From Promethearchaeia archaeon (GTDB taxonomy: Archaea > Asgardarchaeota > Lokiarchaeia > Sigyniarchaeales > SOKP01): a stretch of 64,000 bases of DNA. Positions 40,839-50,636 of the stretch are shown here, in pieces (position 1 is the stretch's first letter; the number at the start of each line of letters is the position of its first letter). Location of the stretch: contig JAHQWK010000012.1 of assembly GCA_029856145.1 (NCBI GenBank), forward strand, positions 32,001 through 96,000. Reading direction: 5' to 3'. A program made the translations under genes and the position numbers. The notes below the pieces were generated by a model. That model had not been told where the DNA came from. It saw nothing but the letters and a program-made list of their open reading frames with translations, and ran no database searches.

Positions 40839-41882
40839 TTATAAACGTGATTTAAGCAACAAGTCAGCAATTGTAGAAAAAGCATTATCCACGTTCTCTC
40901 CTAATAGTGCTGAAGTTTCAAAAAATCCCAACTCCAATTGATCTGCTAATTTTTTTAACATTTTAGATGTTATTTTCCGCCCCTCTGTTAGATCTCTTTT
41001 ATTTCCAATAATAAAACCTACTAACTCTTCAGAACGATTTTTTAGCTGTTCGACAACGTCTGAAAACCATTTTGGAATATTGTTAAAAGATTCAACTCTA
41101 GTTAAATCAAAAACTAAAAAAACAGCGTCAGAACCTCGATAAAATTGCTGTCTCATTGTTTGAAATTTTTGCTGTCCTCCAATATCCCAGAGAGTTAATT
41201 GTACAACAGAATCTTCAATTTTAAAGATCTTGTCCGATACCATAACACCTAAAGTGGGTACATAATTTCTTCTGAATGCATTGTCAGTATATCTTAAGAT
41301 TAATGATGTTTTGCCAACATTCGGCTCTCCAACCAAAATTACTTTAAACTGGTAATCAATTAAACTTCTATCTTTAATCTTTTGTTCAGGAAATGCTTCA
41401 CCTTCTTGTTGTGTAATCTCTTGTTGTTTCAGTTCTTCTAAAAGGGTTGAAATATTAAACTCAAGATGTTCTATCACTTCCATATATTCTTTTCTAGAAG
41501 CTTTTGATTTTTCTAGATTTATTATTGCTTGAGTGAGATTATTAAACGGAATCGAAAGATCATTAATATATTTATAGAAAATCACATCATCATTTTCTTG
41601 AAATAATAAAACGATAGCAGATTGACCAATTCCTCCCCGTCTTGATTCATCATCCCATTTTATAAATTTGATTAATCCTTTTAAATTCATTGAAGTAAAT
41701 GGAAGAATTACTAATGATTCTGGAATGAGCCCTTTCTCTCCAGTTAAAACAGTTAAGGCTTTTATGCTAAGATGCATAAGTTCCATTTGAGTTAATTTAG
41801 AAGGAAGCCATGCTACTGGATTTGGTCCGAGTTCATCATTCATTTCAATGTAAGCAATTCCCTTTATTATCTGTTGCGGCAT
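40839..41882 (-). CDS. uDENN/longin-like domain fused to Rab-like small GTPase (tandem paralogue)
   Basis: G1 GEPNVGKTS, PTLGV, WDIGGQ, FYRGS, VFDLT, NKRD, TSAL. N-terminal DELGPNP. Confidence 0.88.
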   Translation of the reverse strand: MPQQIIKGIAYIEMNDELGPNPVAWLPSKLTQMELMHLSIKALTVLTGEKGLIPESLVILPFTSMNLKGLIKFIKWDDESRRGGIGQSAIVLLFQENDDVIFYKYINDLSIPFNNLTQAIINLEKSKASRKEYMEVIEHLEFNISTLLEELKQQEITQQEGEAFPEQKIKDRSLIDYQFKVILVGEPNVGKTSLILRYTDNAFRRNYVPTLGVMVSDKIFKIEDSVVQLTLWDIGGQQKFQTMRQQFYRGSDAVFLVFDLTRVESFNNIPKWFSDVVEQLKNRSEELVGFIIGNKRDLTEGRKITSKMLKKLADQLELGFFETSALLGENVDNAFSTIADLLLKSRL

Positions 41883-42004
41883 AATTACAAGAAATTTTCT
41901 TTGATGAATTAATATTATGTTTATAATCTGTAAATATTTCGCTTTTAACTAATAATATGATTTTTATATATAAAAAATAATCGCTGAAAAAAAAAGAATT
42001 TAGA

Positions 42005-42715
42005 TTATATTTTTAATCCGAAATACATGAGCCAGAAGCTACTTAAATACCCAATTCTAACTATAATTCCTAAAAATCCCGGAGCAGTTAATCCCTCTAA
42101 TAATCCAAATATACAAAACAATATAGAACCCACTGATAGGAACAAAAAATTTTTACGAATAACACCTGTAGATTGAAATCCTTTATATAAAAATCCAAAT
42201 CCGAGGAATACGAGAACCGATAATAAACACGCACCCATTAAAATTCCCGCTAGTGAAGTTAATTTTACATTATAATCAATTAAATTTATAGTCGGTGGAG
42301 TATATGGAGTCGGATTAAAATTAAAAGAAGATAAGGGATAAAGAAATATAATAATTTCGAAGAATATTGTAATAACCAGGAATATAATTGTAATATGTCT
42401 TTTTATTTTCGGTGTCAATGATTGTGCACCTATATACATCGCTGTTACTATTGCAGGAGCAAACCAAATGTATGATAATATCGCGACAATACCATTATTA
42501 GGCATATTTTGTTGAAATATAAAAACAGAGAGAAAATCCAAGAATACACCTAAGAACATAAGGCCAGCAAATAAGGTTGTTAAACCTAAATATGTAAGTA
42601 GCTTTGCATTTATTTTTCTAGATCTATAAATAAAGAATAAACCAAATAATATACCAAAGATCACTACTCCTGAAGCAGTGATACCATCAATCCAACCGGT
42701 AACATCTAAAGGCAA
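42005..42715 (-). CDS. Seven-TM hypothetical membrane protein
   Basis: About 7 hydrophobic helices in 236 aa, TTG start. Confidence 0.7.
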   Translation of the reverse strand: MPLDVTGWIDGITASGVVIFGILFGLFFIYRSRKINAKLLTYLGLTTLFAGLMFLGVFLDFLSVFIFQQNMPNNGIVAILSYIWFAPAIVTAMYIGAQSLTPKIKRHITIIFLVITIFFEIIIFLYPLSSFNFNPTPYTPPTINLIDYNVKLTSLAGILMGACLLSVLVFLGFGFLYKGFQSTGVIRKNFLFLSVGSILFCIFGLLEGLTAPGFLGIIVRIGYLSSFWLMYFGLKI

Positions 42716-42877
42716 ATTAAATTTTCACCATATTTTATACTTTTAATCATTGGAAAAAGAAATGATTATCTGTTAATAATATTATCTTCCCGATTAATAA
42801 ATAATATACTATAGTGGAAGGATGCTGATCAAAAGTAAATTTTATAGCAAAGAAATTAAAAAATTGATCAGATTAAA

Positions 42878-43153
42878 TTAATCTTTAACATTTTCTAAGA
42901 TTGAGATAATTCGGTAAATTGTAGTGCGGGCATGAAAAGGAATATTCGGATCTTGTGAGAGATCATCCACCATGTACATTACATTACTGGCAAGAACGCC
43001 CGGAGTTTCATCTTCCTTAAGTAATTCATTTATGCCTCTTTGTGCAACTCTCTTAATATTTCTGGGCACGCTGCGGTCATTTATCATTCCATTTAAAAGG
43101 TATTCAACATTTTCAAAGGCTTGTTTTTCTTCATCAGTTATTGCCCTTGGCAT
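42878..43153 (-). CDS. UPF0147 family protein
   Basis: DRSVPRNIKR and DPNIPFHART motifs. Confidence 0.9.
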   Translation of the reverse strand: MPRAITDEEKQAFENVEYLLNGMINDRSVPRNIKRVAQRGINELLKEDETPGVLASNVMYMVDDLSQDPNIPFHARTTIYRIISILENVKD

Positions 43154-43247
43154 TTAAAAATTCACCAAAAGAAGTGCATATAATAGATAGGAAATTAAAA
43201 AGTAAAATTTTTTTTTAAATATAATTTTTTTGATTTTAAACTAATAT

Positions 43248-46160
43248 TTAATAAATCCCAAATTCACGAATTTGTCTTTTTAGTGTAGGGATATTTTCAT
43301 CAAATTCCTTTATTTTAATTTGATATTGATGAAAAAATTCACTAAATCTCTTTATTTTTCCATGTTCAATTTCTTTGACAAAATCATGAGAGGTTTTTTG
43401 TACACTATTGAAGATTAGATTAAATTGTTCAGTTGAGGAAAAAAGTTTTTGATTTACTTCTTTGCCTTGCTTTCTTACCATATTCCGAAGTTTACCACGA
43501 GGAATTCGAATTTTTTCTAACAATCTATCACATTCACTGAGAAATTTATAAGATTGAGTTTTATTTTCATCATCCAGTTTAGCTTCAATTATTTCAGTTC
43601 TCCATGTGTTTATTCTTCCTCTAGCAAATGTATCAAAGTTCAAAGAAATGGAATCAATCCCTTCTCTTACCAAAAATCTAAGAAATTCGGGGTCATCACT
43701 TGGAGCCTGACCACATATACCCACTTTTCTACCAAATTGATGAGCTGTTTTAATTAAATGACTTACTGATCTCCTTATTGCTTCACTGTTAGTGTTATAA
43801 TTGTAATTATTCATTAAAGGTATCATTTTTTCATTATCTCTTCCGACACCATATGTTAATTGAGTTAAATCATTAGATCCAATTGAAAATCCGTCGAAAT
43901 ATTGGCTAAATATATCAGCACAAATTATATTAGAAGGAATTTCTGCCATTACATACACCTTTAATCCATTTTGACCTCGAATCAGACCTTCACTTTCCAT
44001 GATTTCTATGATCTTTTGGGCTTCCTCTGGACTTCTACAAAATGGTAGCATAGGAATAATATTTGATAATCCCCAATCTCTAGCTTTTTTAATCGCTCTT
44101 AATTCTAAAATAAAAGCTTGTTGAAATTCATCATGAACATAACGAGAACAACCTCTAAAGCCTAACATAGGGTTATTCTCTTCGCTCTCATAAATCCACC
44201 CACCCATAAGATTAGCATATTCATTTGTTTTGAAATCTGAGAGTCGTACAACGCATTCAGCTATATTTCCATCAGATAATATTTTCCACACTCCAGCAGC
44301 AATTGTAGCAATTCCTTCTGCTAATTTCTGCACATAGAATTCTTCTTTATCAGAATAACTGATTGTAAGTTCCCTAATTTTATCTAGGGTTTGTTTTAAC
44401 CTTAAAATTTCCTGACTAAAAGGATCTTTATGATATAGATCACTTTTCTTTATATTTTCAATTTTTTTTCTTTGTTCTAATAGAATATCATACCTCATTA
44501 TTAGGGCTCCAAAATCAATTAATGCATTTGGATGGATCTGAATTTCATCATTTATAATGAATTCAAGTCTAGCCAATCCAGTGCCGTCTGGATGCTTTCC
44601 TGCAGATAATGCTCCTTTAGGAATTCCCAAATTAACCAAAACTTTAGTTTTTGTAGAGGGAAGTTTTGCGAATTCAATTGTATCAAAATCATATTCTACA
44701 TCTTTAAGCCAGATGCGCGGTTCTCCTTCACTACAATCAATTGTTACGTATTCTAATCCATTACGTTGTTGTTCTTTCATTATTTGAACAATATTATCTG
44801 CTCCTACTATAGAAGCAATATTCAACTCCCTTGAGACTATTGCTGCATGACATGTAGGACCTCCTCTCTCTGTAATTACACCTCCTAAATTTTGCATATA
44901 TGAAGTCCAATCAGGATTGGTTTCTTCTGTTATAAGGATATCTCCTTCTCGTAATAGATAAGCATCATTTATAGATTCTATTATTTTAACTTTTCCATAA
45001 CCAATTCTTCGACCAATGGCAATACCAGTGTTCTCAACGAATAATCCTTCTTCCATTAATTTATCTGGATCTTCTAAAAGATAAAATATCTCTTCAACAT
45101 CACCTTTAATACTATGAACAGTTTCAGGACGTGCTTGAACAATATAAATCTTACCATTATTCCCAATGGCCCATTCAATGTCCATTCTTCTACGATAATG
45201 TTCTCTAATTTTTTGAGCATATTCGGCTAAAGTTAAGACCTCATCTTCTGTTAAACAGTATTGCATTTGTTTTTCTTGTGGTACAAGGACTACTTCTGTG
45301 CCTATTTGTTCTCTACTCTTAGAAAAAATCATCATTTTTTCTTTTTTCACAAGCTCATGTCGAATTATTCTAAGTTGCTTTGGATCATGTTTAAAAACAA
45401 TAAACTCATCCCCTTTTTCAATTCCTTGTACGATTAATTCTCCCAAACCCCACGTACCTCTAATAACAAGAACGTTTGGATTGCCTGAATCTGGGTCTTC
45501 CGTGAACATTACACCAGATGCTTTTACACCTCCTCGTCCACCAGCCATTTCTTGGACTCCCACTGAAAGTTTTACGTCAAAATGATCAAACCCAGCTCTT
45601 TCTCGGTACATAGTTGCTCTTGTAGTGAATACAGAAGCCATATCTTTTAGAATATATTCTAAGATTTCTTTATCACCAGAGATATTCAAATGTGTATCTT
45701 GCTGTCCTGCAAATGATGCATCGGGTAGGTCTTCAGCTGTAGCAGAGCTTCTTACAGCAAATGTAGAGTCTTCTCCAATTTTCTCAATCAATTTGCTATA
45801 AGCGTCTAATATCTCATCAGCTAAAGAATCAGGAATTTTTGATTGCTCAATGATATACCTAATATTTGCGCAAAATTTATCAACTTTTTCGACTGCCTTG
45901 ATATCCTCTAACTTTAATTCATTTGATATTCTGTTAATATCTCTTGCAATCAATTCTCGAAGTGAAACTTCTTTTTCTTTAATTGTATAAAAGTTGGTAT
46001 CTAATACATAATCGAAGGCTTCTGAAGTTACAGCAAAACCAAGCGGAACAGAAACTCCAAAACTTAATAATTCTCCTAGAGATGCGTTTTTCCCTCCTAC
46101 GAGAGGAACATCACTTATTCTAACATCTTCAAAGAACTTAATATATCTATAATCTTTCAT
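43248..46160 (-). CDS. ppsA: Phosphoenolpyruvate synthase (pyruvate, water dikinase)
   Basis: VGGKNASLGE, AVRSSATAEDLPDASFAGQQ, QARPETV, GGPTCHAAIVSRE, EIPSN, SIGSNDLTQ. Confidence 0.95.
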   Translation of the reverse strand: MKDYRYIKFFEDVRISDVPLVGGKNASLGELLSFGVSVPLGFAVTSEAFDYVLDTNFYTIKEKEVSLRELIARDINRISNELKLEDIKAVEKVDKFCANIRYIIEQSKIPDSLADEILDAYSKLIEKIGEDSTFAVRSSATAEDLPDASFAGQQDTHLNISGDKEILEYILKDMASVFTTRATMYRERAGFDHFDVKLSVGVQEMAGGRGGVKASGVMFTEDPDSGNPNVLVIRGTWGLGELIVQGIEKGDEFIVFKHDPKQLRIIRHELVKKEKMMIFSKSREQIGTEVVLVPQEKQMQYCLTEDEVLTLAEYAQKIREHYRRRMDIEWAIGNNGKIYIVQARPETVHSIKGDVEEIFYLLEDPDKLMEEGLFVENTGIAIGRRIGYGKVKIIESINDAYLLREGDILITEETNPDWTSYMQNLGGVITERGGPTCHAAIVSRELNIASIVGADNIVQIMKEQQRNGLEYVTIDCSEGEPRIWLKDVEYDFDTIEFAKLPSTKTKVLVNLGIPKGALSAGKHPDGTGLARLEFIINDEIQIHPNALIDFGALIMRYDILLEQRKKIENIKKSDLYHKDPFSQEILRLKQTLDKIRELTISYSDKEEFYVQKLAEGIATIAAGVWKILSDGNIAECVVRLSDFKTNEYANLMGGWIYESEENNPMLGFRGCSRYVHDEFQQAFILELRAIKKARDWGLSNIIPMLPFCRSPEEAQKIIEIMESEGLIRGQNGLKVYVMAEIPSNIICADIFSQYFDGFSIGSNDLTQLTYGVGRDNEKMIPLMNNYNYNTNSEAIRRSVSHLIKTAHQFGRKVGICGQAPSDDPEFLRFLVREGIDSISLNFDTFARGRINTWRTEIIEAKLDDENKTQSYKFLSECDRLLEKIRIPRGKLRNMVRKQGKEVNQKLFSSTEQFNLIFNSVQKTSHDFVKEIEHGKIKRFSEFFHQYQIKIKEFDENIPTLKRQIREFGIY

Positions 46161-46270
46161 ATTAACGAGAAACCCCTAATCAATGGAATTATGCGAAGTT
46201 CTCTAATAATAATAATTATTCTTCTAATTATAAATTAAACGTTAATAAAAAAAGTAACGTCAAAACTTGA

Positions 46271-46789
46271 TTAATTTAACTCCTTTTCAAAAACCTCAAA
46301 ATCAGAAGTAGTAAATAGGCAAAAGATCACTTTCCTAATTTGAGTTTTTCCTTGTAGGTATTCTTTGGTTATTGTAATCATAATTTTAGCACATCGATCA
46401 ATAGGATATCCAAAAATACCTGTCGAGATGGCTGGAAATGCGATTGTTTTAAGTTGATACTCATCCATTAATTTTAAACTATTAAGTGTTGCATTCTTTA
46501 GTTTAAGATCTTCATCTCCTTCTCCTATTCGTGGTCCTACAGCATGAATTACATGTTTAGCCTTAAGATTTCCTCCGGTTGTTATAACTGCACCTCCAAC
46601 AAAAGTACCACCTATTTTATTACATTCCTGCTGAATTTTTGGACCTCCTTTTTTCTTGATAGCTCCAGCTACGCCTCCCCCTAATATAAGTTGAGCATTA
46701 GCGGCGTTAACGATAACATCAGTATCTAATTCAGTAATGTCACCTTGAACTAAGCTAATTACTGAATTTCCCACTTTTAATTCTTTCAT
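46271..46789 (-). CDS. Macro domain protein (O-acetyl-ADP-ribose deacetylase/ADP-ribosylhydrolase)
   Basis: GDIT, VNAAN, GGGVAGAI, HAVGP, ISTGIFG. Confidence 0.92.
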   Translation of the reverse strand: MKELKVGNSVISLVQGDITELDTDVIVNAANAQLILGGGVAGAIKKKGGPKIQQECNKIGGTFVGGAVITTGGNLKAKHVIHAVGPRIGEGDEDLKLKNATLNSLKLMDEYQLKTIAFPAISTGIFGYPIDRCAKIMITITKEYLQGKTQIRKVIFCLFTTSDFEVFEKELN

Positions 46790-46844
46790 AACTAATGTTA
46801 ATTCTTATTTTTAATAAGATAAGAAATAAAAATAAAATTTGAAT

Positions 46845-47555
46845 TTATTTTTCTTCACTGCCTTTTTTGAAGATTTCATCTAGTTTAGCCCTATCGTCAT
46901 CAGACATTTTACTCATAGCTTCCATGTTTTGTCGCATTAAATCTATCATAATTTTTTGTGAAATCATTTGATTCAAGACAGGTAAGGCAATTCTCATTCG
47001 AGTTAATTCATAATGCATAGTCTTTGCAGTATCTCGCATCTCTTTTAATTCTTCGGTGGTCATTTCTTCTTCACCAATACCTGGACAATCAGCATCAACA
47101 ACAATAAAGTTTTTACCATCAAACTCAAGTGGATATGTACGACAACTTAATGGACGATTATCATAAATCAAACACTTTTTATCATCTTTATTATATAAAG
47201 GGCATTTAACATTAAGCAACTCTTCTATGGGTACAGTAGCAAATGGATCTTTCATATCCTTTTTTTCTTCACCTTCTTTTTGAGGAGGTGGTAAGGGTTT
47301 TAAGATTAAATCAATCCCAGTGTCAGGCTTGTTGTATATATCTAAGTATGGCATAAAATTAGCTAAAACACCATTTTTTGCCCACATCTCTAAATCCCAA
47401 AATGTAATAGGAATTGGACCACGGGAAAGACAGCAAGAATCACATTTGGTGCATTTAAAAGTAAATTTTGCTTTAGGTTTTTCTTTTTCACCATCTTCCT
47501 GTTTTTCAGCTTCTTTTACTTCTGAAGCCTGAGTTTCTTTTTCTTCATCTACCAT
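46845..47555 (-). CDS. YkgJ family cysteine cluster (CxxCxxCC) protein
   Basis: CTKCDSCC, CPLY, CLIYDNRPLSCRTYP, CPG. Confidence 0.88.
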   Translation of the reverse strand: MVDEEKETQASEVKEAEKQEDGEKEKPKAKFTFKCTKCDSCCLSRGPIPITFWDLEMWAKNGVLANFMPYLDIYNKPDTGIDLILKPLPPPQKEGEEKKDMKDPFATVPIEELLNVKCPLYNKDDKKCLIYDNRPLSCRTYPLEFDGKNFIVVDADCPGIGEEEMTTEELKEMRDTAKTMHYELTRMRIALPVLNQMISQKIMIDLMRQNMEAMSKMSDDDRAKLDEIFKKGSEEK

Positions 47556-47674
47556 TTAAAATCTCACTTAATATATGTTTATAAAGATATAATATTATAA
47601 AATCAGTTTGAGAAAGAAGAATTCAATCTAACAAAAAAATTTTATTTTTATTCTTAATAAATATATTTGAAACT

Positions 47675-48274
47675 TTATGATACAATAAATAATTTTTCAT
47701 CATTCAGTAAACGTCCAAGATTCACCAACGCCGGTTCGATGACTTTTTTTTCACTTACTCCTGTAAAAACTATTTTACCCGTACTAAATATCAAAAAAAC
47801 TGATTTTACTGGAGTGGATGAATGATATATTAATCCGGGGAAAACTTCTGGTTCATAAATATTATTATCAAGTCTTAATGCTGCTCGATCCAAATTAATT
47901 TGTTTGTAGAAGTTCGCAGTTATTACAATATTTACTACCTTAGGATGTATTGAATTTTTATTGATATTGCTCTCAAGAATTTCATTAAGCTTTAAAATCA
48001 ACCGGGCTAAAGCCAAATTGATGTGATCAAATGATTTTAATCCCGTTAAAATCAGTTTTCCATTCTTGAAAAGAATTATTACGCATTTTGGATGTTTAAT
48101 TCTAACAAAAAGCCCTGGAAAGCGTTCTGAATCATATTCAGCATTCTTTAATTCCTCTGAAACCTTGTTTAAATCAATATCCTCTCCCAGATCCAGCGAT
48201 GTTTTAACAACAATATTCTGAATAGTATAAGTTAAACTTCTAATATCATCTTTTTGTGTTATGTCAAGATCCAT
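47675..48274 (-). CDS. tbp: TATA-box binding protein (divergent paralogue)
   Basis: Two repeats: NIV...YDSERFPGL...LFKNGKLILTG and NIV...YEPEVFPGL...IFSTGKIVFTG. Confidence 0.92.
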   Translation of the reverse strand: MDLDITQKDDIRSLTYTIQNIVVKTSLDLGEDIDLNKVSEELKNAEYDSERFPGLFVRIKHPKCVIILFKNGKLILTGLKSFDHINLALARLILKLNEILESNINKNSIHPKVVNIVITANFYKQINLDRAALRLDNNIYEPEVFPGLIYHSSTPVKSVFLIFSTGKIVFTGVSEKKVIEPALVNLGRLLNDEKLFIVS

Positions 48275-48585
48275 AAATGGACTCCTAAAGTTTTCTTCCG
48301 CCTAAATTATTACATTTAGATATTAAGTTGCCATTCTATTTAATTCTACTTTTTCAATTAAAATCAATCAAAAATTCTTAATGAGGGAAGTTTCTTCATT
48401 TTTGTGTGTGTTTTAGATGAAATTTAAAAAAAGTGAACAAAATAAAAAAATTACAGTTTTTTTAACTACTTCAAAAATGATATAATAATTAAAATTAAAT
48501 AGATTAGCAACATAACCTTTCTAATAAAAATTTTTAATGAAGCATAATTTGTACCTTTATATAAGAGTCTTAATAAACATCCATC

Positions 48586-48819
48586 ATGAAGCAATTAACA
48601 TTGAAAAAAATATTAATCTGGGTAATGTTGACAATTAACTTATTATTTGCATTTTTTATTGGTTTAACAATTCCCTTATTACAATCAGAGAGTTTTATGA
48701 ATCTTGGATTTATAATGATTCCATTATTAATTATTCTTAATTATGTAATCTTAGATAGGTTTCACTATTATTTGAAGCATACAACCCAAGAAGAGGATAG
48801 AACAGATGCAAAAGCTTAA
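48586..48819 (+). CDS. Small two-TM protein overlapping the archaeosortase start
   Basis: Two hydrophobic helices and a 14-nt overlap with the next gene. Confidence 0.6.
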   Translation: MKQLTLKKILIWVMLTINLLFAFFIGLTIPLLQSESFMNLGFIMIPLLIILNYVILDRFHYYLKHTTQEEDRTDAKA

Positions 48820-49675
48820 GGAATGGTCCAATCTAAAGAAGCCTATTATTGAATATAATGAAAAAAAATATATTTTTTCTATAAGATCTCTGATTTTGTT
48901 CGCTATCGGAGCACCAATATCTGCTTATCTTATATATTTGTTTTTTGATTTGAGAATCAATTATTGGTTGCATGAAATTGTCGTAAAGCAGACAGTATAT
49001 TTTCTAAATTTGTTTTTCAATATGAGCGCAGAAGCTCAATTCGTTCCAAGCGGGATATATGATTGGAGATTTTTTATCCCTGGCAAAACTCCCATCTATT
49101 TTGAAACTTTTTGTACCGGAATTCAAGCAATCTGTATTTTTGCAGGAATTATAATTTTCACGCCCCATAGTCAAGACCCAACTACAAAAGAGGATATCAT
49201 ATGGAGGAAAACAAAAGCACTTATAGTATCATCAGTTATCTTTTATGTTGTGAATATTATACGAATGTTAATTCAAATAGAATTATATCACATCGATTAT
49301 GAATGGAATGATATTCACGTATCAATAAGTGCAGCTTCTTCTTTTATTGCGGCAATTATCGTCTTGTTGATGCACAAGTGGATTCCAGAATTTATAATAT
49401 CAATAATATATACTGGAACTCTCGCAAGTGAGCCCATAAAGCAAAATAGGAAAAAAAAAGTGAAAGAAATAGTGGAAAAAACAAATAAAGTTAAAATGAA
49501 GATAATGCGTAAAATTTTAAGAATAGAGAAAAAAAATTTTTCACGAGATATTTCTGCTTGGTCAAAAGATTTTGGATATATCATTGACGGAGATGATTTA
49601 GTTATTTCGCCTGAAAAAGTTTCAAAATTTATTGAATTATTAATGCAAGATAAACCTTTCAAAAAAGAAGCATAG
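48806..49675 (+). CDS. Archaeosortase (exosortase family, ArtH-like)
   Basis: Membrane protein with the Cys/Arg/His triad (FCTG, VNIIR, IHVS) and a soluble C-terminal extension. Confidence 0.85.
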   Translation: MQKLKEWSNLKKPIIEYNEKKYIFSIRSLILFAIGAPISAYLIYLFFDLRINYWLHEIVVKQTVYFLNLFFNMSAEAQFVPSGIYDWRFFIPGKTPIYFETFCTGIQAICIFAGIIIFTPHSQDPTTKEDIIWRKTKALIVSSVIFYVVNIIRMLIQIELYHIDYEWNDIHVSISAASSFIAAIIVLLMHKWIPEFIISIIYTGTLASEPIKQNRKKKVKEIVEKTNKVKMKIMRKILRIEKKNFSRDISAWSKDFGYIIDGDDLVISPEKVSKFIELLMQDKPFKKEA

Positions 49676-49733
49676 TAAATTTTATCTTCTTTTTAATATT
49701 GAATTTTACTAATAAACGTCCTTTTATTGAATT

Positions 49734-50636
49734 ATGTTAAATATTGAAACTGAGCAAAAAGAAATCCAAATAGCTAATGTTAAATTTGGTGGTCCGCCAG
49801 GTAAAAATCCAATTGTTATGATAGCCACTGTTTTTTATACAAAACATGCCGCTTTGTTGGATGAAAAAACAGGTAAATTTGATAAATCTATTCTCGAAAA
49901 GGAATTAAATGATTTTACAGAAATTATTGAAGAAACACAATTACAAGGAGTAATTGATGTTGTTGGGGCATATCCAGATGCGCTTATAAAAGAATGTGAA
50001 TTTGTTGCTGATAATGTGGAATATCCTTTTTTAGTTGATGGGTTGAACGATTCATCTAGAATTCCTGCAATGAAAGGATTAGATGAAATGGGGTTATCAG
50101 ATCGAGCTATATTAAATAGTATCGATGAAAATACAACTGATGATAACTTAGAGAAACTGAAAGAAATTGGTGTAAAAAATGCTGTGTTACTAACATTTGG
50201 AAATAAATATCTTTTTCCACATCAGAAGTTAAAATTCTTAAAAGAAACCTTAATTCCTAAAGTTCAAAAAGCAAACATTGACAAATATATTGTTGATACA
50301 GCTGTATTAGACTTACCTTCAATTTCCATTAATTTTGAATCAACAAGATTAATTAAAAAAGAATTAGGATTACCAACCGGATTCGCTCCTGCTAATGCGA
50401 TATATGGATGGAGTTTTATTAAAAATTTTGGTGAAGTTGCTCGATGTGGAGCAATTGCTTCCATAATGACTTATTGTGCAACGGCTCCTAGTGATTTTAT
50501 TTTGTTTGGACCAATAAAATTTGCCAAATGCGTTATACCTGCAATTTCTTTAATTTCAGGGGTAAATTCTTACTATCAAAAAAGAGTTAAAAGACAAAAA
50601 GTATCTGATAGAAGTCCATTAAACATCATTTTTTAA
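49734..50636 (+). CDS. mtrH: Tetrahydromethanopterin S-methyltransferase subunit H-like methyltransferase
   Basis: VKFGGPPGKNP, TVFY, AILNSI, VDTAVLD, PTGFAPANA, DFILFGPI. Confidence 0.85.
   Translation: MLNIETEQKEIQIANVKFGGPPGKNPIVMIATVFYTKHAALLDEKTGKFDKSILEKELNDFTEIIEETQLQGVIDVVGAYPDALIKECEFVADNVEYPFLVDGLNDSSRIPAMKGLDEMGLSDRAILNSIDENTTDDNLEKLKEIGVKNAVLLTFGNKYLFPHQKLKFLKETLIPKVQKANIDKYIVDTAVLDLPSISINFESTRLIKKELGLPTGFAPANAIYGWSFIKNFGEVARCGAIASIMTYCATAPSDFILFGPIKFAKCVIPAISLISGVNSYYQKRVKRQKVSDRSPLNIIF

Noticed and set aside
42005-42715. Seven-TM protein next to small GTPases as a GPCR or rhodopsin
   Set aside because: No retinal-binding lysine motif within helix 7 and no GPCR motifs. Adjacency alone is insufficient without structure comparison.
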